Source of the DNA: Poseidonia sp.
GTDB taxonomy: Archaea > Thermoplasmatota > Poseidoniia > Poseidoniales > Poseidoniaceae
Reading direction: 5' to 3'
NCBI GenBank assembly: GCA_030827365.1
Contig: JAUREO010000002.1
Span: forward strand, 10,928-74,927
DNA: 64,000 nucleotides
Of this stretch, positions 19,984 to 30,462 are shown piece after piece. The number at the start of each line of letters is the position of its first letter. The stretch's first letter is position 1. The notes beneath the pieces are model-generated. The model made no database searches and was not told the origin of the DNA. It was given only the letters and a program-made list of their open reading frames with translations. Both the position numbers and the translations under genes were made by a program.

Positions 19984-21660
19984 TCAAGATGCAAGCATCC
20001 AACGCAGAATTCCAGAATCTGGCATCGTCGTCTGGTCCGCAGAAATTGTTCCTAATGTGCCGTTTATTTTGAATTCCCAGCCGTTTCCTTCCACACCAGA
20101 AAAACTGACGATGAAGGTTCCAAAATGAAATTCTTCAATCTCGATGTCAATGTCATTTTGTTCTGCCATTGCTCTTGTCAAAGAGTACACGTTATCGTAG
20201 CCTGTGTAACCTCCGTCAACAATCTCGCCATTGGGCAATTCAATGATGACCACTTGGGTATCTTGCCAATCCGATGGCCAATCCGATGACCATTGCTCGA
20301 TATTTGATGTAGGTTGAAAGGCTTCTGGTTTGGAATCTTCCAAGAGAAGGATGATTTCTGGACTGAGTAATAAGATGCTGATCAGTATAGAAGTAAAAAA
20401 TAATCGAAGGGCCCAGATTTCAGAACCATGGACAATGAAATGACCACAAAGAAAAATGAAGGCAAAGAATGAAATGCCAATCAAGAGGTCATGATACCGA
20501 TAATCACTGTCTTCACCCGCTTCAAAGACCTCTGAGGAATAGAATTGAAGTATACCAAAATCATTTCCCATGACAAGAATTTCATGTATCGAGTCACCAA
20601 ACACTGGAGCTGCAGTTGAATATCCATCAAGTGTTGTATTGAAGGGTGAAGAATATTCTATGTGTCCTGAAGAATTCAGTGTCAAGATGAGAAGGCCTCC
20701 CTCCATCACATTTTGCGGCAACCAAATTCTTCCAATTCTGTCAACACCAATCTCTCCGTTTGAATGTGATGGCATTGAATCTATTTGTTTGCAATCCCCA
20801 CTACAATTAAAAATACGAACATACGAACTGTCAGTGGTCACTACAAAATCACCGATGAGTTTTGGGATGCCAGGTGAAGGACCACTTTCGTTGAGCAGAG
20901 AAATTGATTTAGATGAAGTATTAAAGAAAAAAACATTACTTTTTGCATCGGTTTGTACGTGGATCAATACACCACCGGACGTCAGAATTGGTGCATGCCG
21001 AATCAAACCTTCATCTACATGAAATGATTCTTTGGTTCCATTCTCAACATGCCATAAAGTGCCATTTTCATCACCAATCCAGTAACCATTTTCATCAACA
21101 GCGACTCCATTTCGCCACCCTAACCCAAGTTCAAATTCTTCGATTGTATGTCCGTCTGCAAGACAGAGAACGCTCAATCCGTTGCGGGTCGGAGCCACAA
21201 GTAGATCGTTTTGAATGACTGCTTGACCGGTGACTCCCCAATTTTGAACATAGGATTGATTCGTCCATAGAACATCACCGTTTGAGGTGTTGTGAGCGGT
21301 GATTTCTCCATTTGCCCATGGTACGATGAGCATTGAATCCCATGAACCACATTCTCCTTCTCCGGCTTGTACATCAATCAAGGGAGACATATCGTGCTGA
21401 ACAGAGTTGTTGTTGGTGTATTCCCATTTCACCTCTCCGTCATGATTAAGCGCAACGACCTTCGGTCGAGCATCATCACTCCAAAAACCGGATGAGCGGA
21501 CAAAAATTGTGTCATCCGAAATGACCGGTGCGGTCGTGATATAGCCATGATCAAATTCATATGTCCAATCAAGAGTGATTTCTTCAACGTCGATGGCTGA
21601 TGAAGGAAGGGAAATGAAGAACATAGCGATGAGCATGAAAGCAATCCTTCGAATGCACAT
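19984..21660 (-). CDS. PQQ-type beta-propeller protein with two TMs and a C-terminal DUF4430/transcobalamin-like domain
   Basis: Signal peptide; propeller repeats (VVALNHDGEVKWEY, TAHNTSNGDVLW); TM pair; C-terminal FGTFIVSFSG...GWEFKING...SADQ. Confidence 0.7.
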   Translation of the reverse strand: MCIRRIAFMLIAMFFISLPSSAIDVEEITLDWTYEFDHGYITTAPVISDDTIFVRSSGFWSDDARPKVVALNHDGEVKWEYTNNNSVQHDMSPLIDVQAGEGECGSWDSMLIVPWANGEITAHNTSNGDVLWTNQSYVQNWGVTGQAVIQNDLLVAPTRNGLSVLCLADGHTIEEFELGLGWRNGVAVDENGYWIGDENGTLWHVENGTKESFHVDEGLIRHAPILTSGGVLIHVQTDAKSNVFFFNTSSKSISLLNESGPSPGIPKLIGDFVVTTDSSYVRIFNCSGDCKQIDSMPSHSNGEIGVDRIGRIWLPQNVMEGGLLILTLNSSGHIEYSSPFNTTLDGYSTAAPVFGDSIHEILVMGNDFGILQFYSSEVFEAGEDSDYRYHDLLIGISFFAFIFLCGHFIVHGSEIWALRLFFTSILISILLLSPEIILLLEDSKPEAFQPTSNIEQWSSDWPSDWQDTQVVIIELPNGEIVDGGYTGYDNVYSLTRAMAEQNDIDIEIEEFHFGTFIVSFSGVEGNGWEFKINGTLGTISADQTTMPDSGILRWMLAS

Positions 21661-21666
21661 GCTACT

Positions 21667-23697
21667 TCACTCTATCATTCGTTGAATTGCTTGCCTCAAT
21701 AAAGTGCTGACCTGCTTGCCATCTGCTCCACCAGCTGCTAGCATCACAACGCCCATCAATGGACCCATTGCACCCAATCCTTTTTCGAGAATGAAATCTT
21801 TTCTTTCAGCAAGAACATTATCAATAATTGTGGCAAGGTCATCGGCTGATGCGGGCGCAAGTCCATGCTGCTCACAATAGGCTTGAATAGACTCAAAGGA
21901 AGCATTCGAATCAGTTGAGAAATGGTGAACAACATTGTCTATGTGGTCACGAGCACATATATTCTTCTCGTGAAGTTGGGCTATGTGTTGAAGCAATTGA
22001 GAAGATTGGCCTTCATAATCGAGCATAAGTGCTGCCCAGAATTTAGGTGGTAGGTCTGCTAAATATTCAAAGAATTTGTCATCTTCTTCTCGTGAAAGCA
22101 ATTGTCGTGCCTGATCTTCTGAAATCCCGCTGGATTGAAGACGAGCGAAGCGTTCATCTTCGTCTGGAGGCAGATTGGATTTGATTTGATTCCAATGTTC
22201 AACATTGATACGATTTGTTTGGACATCAGTTTCGGGGTACATTCTCGAGCTTCCTGGAAGGGGGCGCATCGGGGTGGTTGTGCCATCTTCTGGTGCACCT
22301 TTTTTGACAACGACATTTCGGACCTCTTTTGGAATTCTATGCCATGCATGTTGTGCTCGATTTTTGACAGATTCCAAGGCGAGTACCGCCTGCCATGATG
22401 GTGCAAGACAAAGGGCAAACCCGTCTCCATCAGATAATTCGAGATGTTTGCGAACATCATCGACTTCATCTTGGGTGATACCATACGCAGGTAATTCATC
22501 TGAATGGAAAATCCCTTGAACGCCTGCTAATTTTGCGGCACCTGCTAATTCCCGTCCCAGCCGTGGCATTTGAGCACCACTCGCATCAATTGTTTTGGTG
22601 CCTAAATGGCCTGCGAGGTGTGGAAGTTTCAAACCCAACATGATGTTCTTTTGCCCAAGTCCTTTGACAACCATATCAGAAGTCGATGAAGAGAAACATA
22701 CCGACACATCCCTGGGTGGTTGAGAAAACAATGCAGAAACCATGTCCTTGACCTCCTGTTCAATTCCTTCATCATCTTCATTCCTATGCGCTGGTAACAT
22801 TGGTGCTTTTATTGAAGCACGAAGTGTATTTGCAAGTCGATAAAAATGCAGTTGCCTTGCCATCTCAAGTCGAATGATTTGGGGAATCCATTGCAAATCT
22901 TGACAACCTTTGATTTCAACTCTGTCCCCGCATCCAATTGAGACATTGAGGTCTTGTCGAATACTTCCAAGGCCTCGACGAACTCGTCTTGTTTGTCTTA
23001 GCACTTTTCCTAATCCTATTGCCGTCTCTTGAGCATGCTCAGGACTTTTTACATCGGGCGCCGTTGCGATTTCAATAAGTGGAATACCCAGTCGATCAAG
23101 ATTGTAGAGCACAATTGTTCCATCATCTGTTTTGATGGAGTCGAGTTTTCGTGCACTATCCTCCTCAAGACATATCACATCGATACCTACATCGCCTTGA
23201 GTGGTCGAAAGTATCCCATTTGTCGCAACAAGGGTTGTACGTTGAAATCCGCTTGTGTTGGAGCCATCAACCACTGTTTTTCGCATGGTTTGGAGCAGGG
23301 GCAAGGGTTGGGCTTGGAGCAATGCGGACACAGTCAAAGAGATATCAAGGGCTTGTTCATCAAGGGGAAGGGGTGGTGATTCATCGAGTTCAATGAGTCC
23401 CGCATTGGGAGATTGTACATATTCGAACGATCGTTTTCGGGCTTGTTCAAATTTTGCTGCAACATCGACTGAACCACTTTCTCCTTTTGGAGCACGAAGT
23501 CTGCGATGTGTTCGATACCACTCCGCAGGTACGCTATCTGCGGCCACATCAAATAACTCACCTCGCTGGCGCGAGTGAAGTTTTCCAGTAGCAAGTTGCT
23601 GATGAATTTCTAAACCGCACATGAATCCAAGTTCATCGCAATCGAGGAATTCGGGGGATGAAATGTCGCCACTTGGCTCACTCAATGCCCCCGCCAT
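21667..23697 (-). CDS. gatE: Glu-tRNA(Gln) amidotransferase subunit E
   Basis: GLEIHQQL, VDGSNTSGFQRT, LEEDSARK, RGLGSIRQDLNVSI, HSDELPAYGI, MRPLPGSSRMYPETD. Confidence 0.97.
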   Translation of the reverse strand: MAGALSEPSGDISSPEFLDCDELGFMCGLEIHQQLATGKLHSRQRGELFDVAADSVPAEWYRTHRRLRAPKGESGSVDVAAKFEQARKRSFEYVQSPNAGLIELDESPPLPLDEQALDISLTVSALLQAQPLPLLQTMRKTVVDGSNTSGFQRTTLVATNGILSTTQGDVGIDVICLEEDSARKLDSIKTDDGTIVLYNLDRLGIPLIEIATAPDVKSPEHAQETAIGLGKVLRQTRRVRRGLGSIRQDLNVSIGCGDRVEIKGCQDLQWIPQIIRLEMARQLHFYRLANTLRASIKAPMLPAHRNEDDEGIEQEVKDMVSALFSQPPRDVSVCFSSSTSDMVVKGLGQKNIMLGLKLPHLAGHLGTKTIDASGAQMPRLGRELAGAAKLAGVQGIFHSDELPAYGITQDEVDDVRKHLELSDGDGFALCLAPSWQAVLALESVKNRAQHAWHRIPKEVRNVVVKKGAPEDGTTTPMRPLPGSSRMYPETDVQTNRINVEHWNQIKSNLPPDEDERFARLQSSGISEDQARQLLSREEDDKFFEYLADLPPKFWAALMLDYEGQSSQLLQHIAQLHEKNICARDHIDNVVHHFSTDSNASFESIQAYCEQHGLAPASADDLATIIDNVLAERKDFILEKGLGAMGPLMGVVMLAAGGADGKQVSTLLRQAIQRMIE

Positions 23698-23747
23698 ACA
23701 CCTTGGAACACATCCCCCTTCATGAGAACGCCGATGGAGATGAACGC

Positions 23748-25883
23748 TTAAGCAAGACCAATGGTTTCGTAGCCCGATGGCCTGTATAGGCGTCCACCTG
23801 ATACGAGTTTATCGATAATTTCCTCTGCTTGCGATTTGTCGATGTTCAATCGATTGGCCTCGAGGAATACTTCGTTCAAATTTGCAAAGCCAGTGCCGCC
23901 ATCAATAGCAAACTTCTCAATGATTTCAAGGATACTTTGTTCCCTGTTTCTCGTCGTTGGTTTCTTGCCCGATTCCATTGTTGTAAGGTCACCACCAATG
24001 GATTCGTCTCTTGAATGCCTGAACAATCGAGTTGCACGGTCCATGTCTATTCGTTCGATGATTTTTGACAAACGAATTCGGGCACTCGCTTCTGCCAAAC
24101 GCGAAATCGCTTCGATATCACGTGCTGTCATTGTAATACTATCTTCTGCTTGACCTTTTTCGTGCCGTTTTTGAACATAAAATGCGATAAATTCTTCAAA
24201 CAATTCAATAGGCAGTTTAGGATGTATGTTTCTCTTCGCATAGGCAACATATTTTCTGAGGAAATCCTTGTGCAGTGTTGGAAACCCATTGTCGCCATGA
24301 ACATCTTCTTCACCAAAAGAGGTTGACTTGGTTGGGTCGGGTATTGAGCCTTCCTTGACGAGTATTTCGCTCGATGCTGCTCGCCTATTTTTGAGAATGT
24401 GCTCTGCGATTCTAGTATCGCTATCAAAATCGGGTGTATCTGTCATAACCCAAATGAGGTCAAATCGAGACAACAATGGAGGTTCAAGATTGATTTGACG
24501 CACAAGGGGAACTTCACTGAGTGGTTTGAAGCGTCCGGATTGAGGATTTGCTGCAGCGAGAACCGCACATCGTGTACTCAATGTCGCATTGATTCCTGCT
24601 TTGGCAATTGAAATTCGTTGTTGCTCCATAGCTTCGTGCATACTCGCTCGGTCTGAGTTTGACATTTTATCAAACTCATCGACGGCTGCAAGCCCCATAT
24701 CTGCTAAGACAAGAGCACCTGCTTCGAGTGTCCATCTGCCGTCTGCACTCGAATCTTGAACTGCCGCGGCTGTAAGGCCAGCTGCTGATGCTGACTGACC
24801 AGAAGTAAATCGACCTCTTGGAGAAATTTTTGCCATATAACTCAACAATTGAGATTTCGCTACACCGGGGTCTCCCATGAGGAGGATGTGAATATCACCT
24901 CGTATTCTTGTGGTATCTTTGTTCAGACCAGGAACACCACCAAACAATTGTAGTGCAAGTGATTCTTTGATGTGGTTCATGCCAAAAATCGAAGGAGCAA
25001 TCGATGCTTTGAGGATTTCGAACACATCGGGATTTGAAGCAATATCTTTGATTTGAATTTCTTCTGCCTCTGTCACTTTGATTTCTTCGAGTGCTACGCT
25101 GTGATGTTCAAGAGAATGTATGTTGAAGTAATAATCAAACAATGGAGTTTGTTTCCCTGCTTTTCGTTGAGAACGAATAAAAAGCACCCCGTTTGCCTTG
25201 ACCCTATCACCAGGGGTCACTCGACCAGTCAAATCTTGTTCTGCAATACACATTAATCGAGATGGTTGCAGACCTCCTCTCATTTGCTCTGGTAATTCTT
25301 GTAATTCCACAAATTGGGTGTTGATGAGCACTGAATGCTGGTGATGTAAGGTAAATCGAACTTGCCTACCTTCACCGCCACAACCACCATCGACACCACT
25401 ACACTGAAGTGGTTCGACTAGTTCTTGCTCGTTGTATTGGTCAACAATAGTTGGGTGACCGCACTTGTCACATACAAAGGTGGCCCTGTACAAACGTGGT
25501 CGCACTCCTGTTATTTTTGTGACAACGGTATCAAGTGAGATAAACAAGCCAATGTCATGAGCCCGAATTTCCGAAATTGGACGAATTTGTGTGCTTGGGA
25601 GATCCTGAATTCGAACAAATGGTTGTAGGTTACCATATCCGCTATCAAGTAAAATTTGGTTGAGGGCTCTATTTGCGGATTGGAAATTCGCATCTGGATG
25701 AGCAAGAATGTTTTGAGCAAAATCGTGGTCGAGACTTTCGATGACTCTGTAAGATACCTCAAGCGATTGGTTCTCCGGCCAAAGTTGAGTTAAGGTATGT
25801 ATTTGCTCCGCGTAGGTTTCTCTGAGCCAAGTCACCCAACGCCCTTCAAGGTCCGCTTCTTGAATTTCTGAAATACTCTTCAC
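23748..25883 (-). CDS. mcm: Replicative MCM helicase
   Basis: Zn finger CDKC..C..C, Walker A GDPGVAKSQ, Walker B DEFDKM, EAMEQQ, Arg finger LSRFD, C-terminal wHTH. Confidence 0.97.
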   Translation of the reverse strand: MKSISEIQEADLEGRWVTWLRETYAEQIHTLTQLWPENQSLEVSYRVIESLDHDFAQNILAHPDANFQSANRALNQILLDSGYGNLQPFVRIQDLPSTQIRPISEIRAHDIGLFISLDTVVTKITGVRPRLYRATFVCDKCGHPTIVDQYNEQELVEPLQCSGVDGGCGGEGRQVRFTLHHQHSVLINTQFVELQELPEQMRGGLQPSRLMCIAEQDLTGRVTPGDRVKANGVLFIRSQRKAGKQTPLFDYYFNIHSLEHHSVALEEIKVTEAEEIQIKDIASNPDVFEILKASIAPSIFGMNHIKESLALQLFGGVPGLNKDTTRIRGDIHILLMGDPGVAKSQLLSYMAKISPRGRFTSGQSASAAGLTAAAVQDSSADGRWTLEAGALVLADMGLAAVDEFDKMSNSDRASMHEAMEQQRISIAKAGINATLSTRCAVLAAANPQSGRFKPLSEVPLVRQINLEPPLLSRFDLIWVMTDTPDFDSDTRIAEHILKNRRAASSEILVKEGSIPDPTKSTSFGEEDVHGDNGFPTLHKDFLRKYVAYAKRNIHPKLPIELFEEFIAFYVQKRHEKGQAEDSITMTARDIEAISRLAEASARIRLSKIIERIDMDRATRLFRHSRDESIGGDLTTMESGKKPTTRNREQSILEIIEKFAIDGGTGFANLNEVFLEANRLNIDKSQAEEIIDKLVSGGRLYRPSGYETIGLA

Positions 25884-26057
25884 CTCGCCTTAGAATAGCA
25901 GTTGCCAACATCTTATGAACAATTCTCTTGTTCAAAGGCCCCCCCTTATTTCCGATGGAACTGAAATCGAATGATGGTGGTAGTGTTGAAATAAAATTCA
26001 CCGCATTTGGAATGATGCCGAAGTCAAATTCATATCAAAACGAGTTTTGTTCGATGT

Positions 26058-27068
26058 ATGCCCGCACATTCATTTGAACCCATCCAAGGTCAAATTGTGC
26101 GGTTTTCATTTGATTCCAAACAACTTCAAAACAAACTCGGTGACCCAACCACTCGCGAAGTGATGGTACATGTTTCGCCCGAAGCAGTCCAACTCATTCA
26201 ACAAGGACATCGCTTACCCGTTCTTGTCTACTTGGCTCCATTCACATCAAGTGCTCCTGCGAGGGCTGGTTGGAAAGCCTTCTCTGAATCTATACTTCAG
26301 AGGCATGAACGCCTCGTAAAAAAAGGGAAAATGAAACCAGTGTATCTCGTTCTCCCAGATACATTCACATCACTTGGGGGAAATCAATTCATCGATTCAC
26401 CTATATTGGGACATTGGTCAACATGGCTTTCCAATGACTTGCAAGAAGAAATGGCAAAACGTTTCAACACCAATGGACGATTTTCGATTCTCGGAAAATC
26501 TTCTGGTGGCTATGGGGCGATGATGAACGCTATGTTGTTTGGTGATAGGTGGCACGGTGTGGCGAGCCATTCAGGGGATGTGGGGTTTGATTTTATGTTC
26601 AAACACGATTTTTTTAATACCCTTCGTCGACTTGAAGCGTTTTCATCCATGTCTGAATTCGTGAATTCTACAAGAGTTTCCGATTCCATTTCCCATGATA
26701 CATTGCACGATTTGATGATGATAGCCTTAGCCGCAAGCTACTGCCCACCAAAGAGCAACGACCTTAACGACATTCAATTTCCAATCACTGGCGCTTACCA
26801 TACATTCGATGAACAAATCTGGCAGGATTGGAAACGATGGGATCCGCTTGAGATGGTGAAAACACATGGGCACCACCTCTCCAAACTGAGTGTCTTTTTC
26901 CTTGACTGCGGACGTTTTGACCAATACAACATTCATTTTGGCTCAAGATTACTAAGTCAAACATTAAACGAACTTGGTATTGAACACACCTACGAAGAAT
27001 TTGATGGCACTCATTCTAGTATCGACTACCGACTTGATGTCTCCCTTGCCTTATTGTCTCAAATTTGA
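26058..27068 (+). CDS. Putative esterase (alpha/beta hydrolase, Fes-like)
   Basis: GKSSGGYGA nucleophile motif, DCGRFDQY, EEFDGTH catalytic His. Confidence 0.8.
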   Translation: MPAHSFEPIQGQIVRFSFDSKQLQNKLGDPTTREVMVHVSPEAVQLIQQGHRLPVLVYLAPFTSSAPARAGWKAFSESILQRHERLVKKGKMKPVYLVLPDTFTSLGGNQFIDSPILGHWSTWLSNDLQEEMAKRFNTNGRFSILGKSSGGYGAMMNAMLFGDRWHGVASHSGDVGFDFMFKHDFFNTLRRLEAFSSMSEFVNSTRVSDSISHDTLHDLMMIALAASYCPPKSNDLNDIQFPITGAYHTFDEQIWQDWKRWDPLEMVKTHGHHLSKLSVFFLDCGRFDQYNIHFGSRLLSQTLNELGIEHTYEEFDGTHSSIDYRLDVSLALLSQI

Positions 27069-27161
27069 TGTGGAAAGTGATTAAACAAGACTTGGCGTTT
27101 CGTCATTTCAGACTTGGAAACCATGCGGTTTCTTCATCAACGTTCACGATGTGGAAACACC

Positions 27162-28256
27162 ATGGGCGAACCTATGGAATACGCCAGTTCCGGAGTTGAC
27201 ATTGAGCTCGAGGGAAAGGCTGTCGCCTCGCTCATCTCATCGCTCGGGAAGAGTGTGAGAGCCCCTGGCACATTTGGTGCACCTGTGCCTGTTCCTGGAG
27301 GCTTTGGAGGCCTGATAGAATTTGGAGAATACTATCTCGCTCTCGCAACCGATGGCGTTGGAAGTAAACTACAAATCGCCTCAGAAGTCAATCGGTTCGA
27401 AAGTGTTGGCATCGATTGTATGGCGATGAATGTCAACGATTTATTGTGCGTTGGTGCAGAGCCCCTCGCGTTCGTGGATTATGTCGCTGTTCCAAAACCC
27501 GACCCTGAATTTCACAAACAATTAGGAGCATCGCTTTCCGAAGCCTGCCGATTGGCTCGAGTGACTTTGGCCGGCGGTGAAACTGCTTCGTTGCCCGACA
27601 TTGTCAACGAAGTTGATGTTTCGGGAACAGCATTAGGCTTTGTTGCCAAAGGTCAACAAATTACCGGCGAATTTATCCTCGAAGATGATGTCCTCATCGG
27701 ATTAGCATCAAACGGAATCCATTCCAACGGCTACTCTCTTGTTCGAGCGGTGATGAAGCGATATCAACACAATTATCTCGACGATCTTCCTTTCGATCGA
27801 ACACTTCCAAATGGTCAACAAGCCCTCTCCTTCGCAGATGTCTTCCTTATCCCCACAAGCATCTATTGTGACCCAATCGTCGATATGCTCAACTGCTCTA
27901 AAGAAATAGCCGGTTTTGAAAGAAGTGATGTTCACGGCTTGTGCCACATCACTGGTGGAGGTTTGACCAATCTATTGCGATTGCATCCAACGTTTGGTTG
28001 GACCATTGATTCTCCACTTCCTGTGCATGCTGAATTCGATTGGCTTCAACAACAAGGAGAAATCACGGACTGGGAAATGTATCGAACATTCAATATGGGC
28101 ATGGGCATGGTCATCGTTGTTTCACGAACTGTTGCCCAAGATATCCTTGAATGGCTGAATTCACGAGGCCACCATGCACAAATTGTTGGTGCTGTTCACA
28201 ACCAAGGCAAGCAAGTCACACATCTTCCAACGGGCTCCACATACGATGCGTATTAA
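27162..28256 (+). CDS. purM: Phosphoribosylformylglycinamidine cyclo-ligase (AIR synthetase)
   Basis: YASSGVD, TDGVGSK, AMNVND, GGETA, SNGIHSNGYSL, HITGGG, TFNMGMG. Confidence 0.97.
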   Translation: MGEPMEYASSGVDIELEGKAVASLISSLGKSVRAPGTFGAPVPVPGGFGGLIEFGEYYLALATDGVGSKLQIASEVNRFESVGIDCMAMNVNDLLCVGAEPLAFVDYVAVPKPDPEFHKQLGASLSEACRLARVTLAGGETASLPDIVNEVDVSGTALGFVAKGQQITGEFILEDDVLIGLASNGIHSNGYSLVRAVMKRYQHNYLDDLPFDRTLPNGQQALSFADVFLIPTSIYCDPIVDMLNCSKEIAGFERSDVHGLCHITGGGLTNLLRLHPTFGWTIDSPLPVHAEFDWLQQQGEITDWEMYRTFNMGMGMVIVVSRTVAQDILEWLNSRGHHAQIVGAVHNQGKQVTHLPTGSTYDAY

Positions 28257-28293
28257 TCGGTGCGGTCTTGAACTCTAATCGTTTCGCGTCTTC

Positions 28294-29655
28294 ATGGCCG
28301 ATGAAAAAAAGGATGAGTTTGAGGCTCATTGGCCAGGTCAACCTTGGATGGAAGGAAAGACCGTCATTCTGCTTTCAAACCAACAAGAGCGCCCATCGCA
28401 TATGCCTCGTGGCCCAGCGAAACGAGTCGGCCCCGGATTCATCAATCCAGCAATGGCACCTGCGAGAACAAGGTCAGTACTCCTGCTTGAAGATGCACTT
28501 TCCAACGAGTGGCTTACAGAGGGAGAGATGCCCATTCGTGCTCTTGATGCACTATGCAGTACAGGTGTCAGATTTCGGCGATGGAGAAATGAAATTCCAA
28601 AAGAATTACAGCCTCGGCTGAGAATTCACGCAAATGATTTGGATGAGTTCGCTCTTCGCTGGGCTCAAGAATCCAATCTACTTTACCCGCCGAATCATGT
28701 TTGGGATTTTGATGAAGAACTTTTTAATGACCACGAAAGAGTTCATGGAACACTCATCGAGGGCATTTTTTACATGCAAGAAGATGCCCGAATTGCATTG
28801 AATAAGGGTGCATATCAGTGGATTGACCTCGACCCATTTGGCTCCCCAATCACCTTCCTTGATGCTGCCATACAGGGTATAGGACGACGTGGTGTACTCG
28901 AAGTGACCGCTACAGATACAGCCGCCTTAACAGGTTCAAGTCCTTCATCTCAACGAAGAAGATACGGTGCAAAGGGCATTGTTGATGCATATGCCCATGA
29001 TGATGCCATTCGGACACTGCTTGGAGTCGTAGCTACAACTGCTGCAAAACATGACCGATTCATTGAACCAATTCTCTGCCTCTTTGATGGACATCATGTC
29101 CGGCTAAGTGTGCTTATTGTTCGTGGAAAAGAAAAGGCCTCAGAAATGCAAACCTCGATCGGATGGAGATTGCGTTACAAAGATGGTGGCTACATCTTCG
29201 TCGAACACCCCTCTCCAGAAGAACTCGTCAACGCAAGTGGACCCATGTGGATTGCCCCTCTGTGGAATCAAGCAATCACATCGAGATTGAGTGAGGAAAG
29301 GGCACTCAGCATCTGTTTTCCGAGTGAAAATGAAAAGAAACTTTTGAATCAAATGCATGGGGGATGGTCTGAAAACGACTGGGAATATTGGAGGCGAGAA
29401 ATCTGCCGAAGTGTTCGATTCATCCAAGATGCTGCTCCAATCATGAGTCACGACCATCTCCTCATCGACATTGACGATTTCGCAAAGAAACTCAAACTCA
29501 AACACATTCCGAAAATGGAGAGTATTTTGACTGCATTTAGGAATGCTGGCCATGAAACTGCTCGTGTTCCAGATGCGAATCCAATGATTGCGACCTTTGC
29601 TTCAATCGAACAATCAAAACAAATTCTTCGTGTCCTCGGCAAATCACATGAATGA
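28294..29655 (+). CDS. trm1: tRNA (guanine26-N2)-dimethyltransferase
   Basis: FINPAM...R, LDALCSTGVRFRR, IDLDPFGSP, VTATDTAAL, GPMWIAPL. Confidence 0.85.
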   Translation: MADEKKDEFEAHWPGQPWMEGKTVILLSNQQERPSHMPRGPAKRVGPGFINPAMAPARTRSVLLLEDALSNEWLTEGEMPIRALDALCSTGVRFRRWRNEIPKELQPRLRIHANDLDEFALRWAQESNLLYPPNHVWDFDEELFNDHERVHGTLIEGIFYMQEDARIALNKGAYQWIDLDPFGSPITFLDAAIQGIGRRGVLEVTATDTAALTGSSPSSQRRRYGAKGIVDAYAHDDAIRTLLGVVATTAAKHDRFIEPILCLFDGHHVRLSVLIVRGKEKASEMQTSIGWRLRYKDGGYIFVEHPSPEELVNASGPMWIAPLWNQAITSRLSEERALSICFPSENEKKLLNQMHGGWSENDWEYWRREICRSVRFIQDAAPIMSHDHLLIDIDDFAKKLKLKHIPKMESILTAFRNAGHETARVPDANPMIATFASIEQSKQILRVLGKSHE

Positions 29656-30414
29656 TGGGTCAATATCTGTGTCACTTTCTCCAACTATATCTTGAGGAGC
29701 AGAGAGCCTTGGTTGTGCATTGGCAAGGGATTGTTGCACACTATCTTCGATGGCACGGGCGTATTCGAGTAAGTCGTTGAGGGGGATGTCAATGTTTGTC
29801 ATGTCGCTTACCGCCTCAATAGCAACTGCTGCGGCTCTCGCATCGGGGTACAGTGGACTCGCTTCGGCGAGGAGGGCTGTAACATCAAGTCCCAATCGAT
29901 CACCTTCACTTAACAGAAACCCTGTAATTCCTGTCACAATTCCTTCTTGGATGGTGTTAATACCCAAACTTTTGAGTTGTTTTCTCGATGATTCGCTGGT
30001 CGAAACACCAAATAACTCACTTTCATTACTGTCCTTCGATAGTCTTGGAACACCATCGATGATAATGAGGCGTTCGAAATTTCCTTTGGTGTACCATTCG
30101 AGCACGGTCGAACCGAACATGACGTCCATTTCATTCTTGAATTGCAGTTGTGAAATGAAAACACCAAGTCCCTCAGTTTGATAGATTCGAACAGGATGTT
30201 TAGGAATTTCATCTTGAACAAGCGCAACGGCTGGAAAGTCTGCGTGCATGACTGTACCAAGTTGCCTCATATTGAGTGAATTGATCAAGTGAGCTGTGGC
30301 TATAGCCCCCACCTTTCCATCGGTGGTAAATCCACAAATGGCAACCCCGCCCGTTGCATTTGGGTCAGCGTCTTTTTGCAACATCAATGAATAACCCGGC
30401 ATCAGTGTATCCAT
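29644..30414 (-). CDS. Proteasome assembly chaperone (PAC2/Pba family), no HbYX tail
   Basis: GFTTDGKVGAIATAHLI, PVRIY, GITGFLL, YPDARAAA. Confidence 0.85.
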   Translation of the reverse strand: MDTLMPGYSLMLQKDADPNATGGVAICGFTTDGKVGAIATAHLINSLNMRQLGTVMHADFPAVALVQDEIPKHPVRIYQTEGLGVFISQLQFKNEMDVMFGSTVLEWYTKGNFERLIIIDGVPRLSKDSNESELFGVSTSESSRKQLKSLGINTIQEGIVTGITGFLLSEGDRLGLDVTALLAEASPLYPDARAAAVAIEAVSDMTNIDIPLNDLLEYARAIEDSVQQSLANAQPRLSAPQDIVGESDTDIDPSFM

Positions 30415-30462
30415 TGTTCCACCCAATCCATCGTCAAAGTGGCTTATTCAAAAATTTGACCT

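Noticed and set aside
23748-25883. Intein in MCM, or a viral/plasmid MCM
   Set aside because: Length and motif spacing are ordinary, no intein signature is visible, and the context (next to gatE) is chromosomal
25884-26057. Replication origin next to mcm
   Set aside because: No repeated ORB-like elements or orc1/cdc6 gene; explained by two divergent promoters
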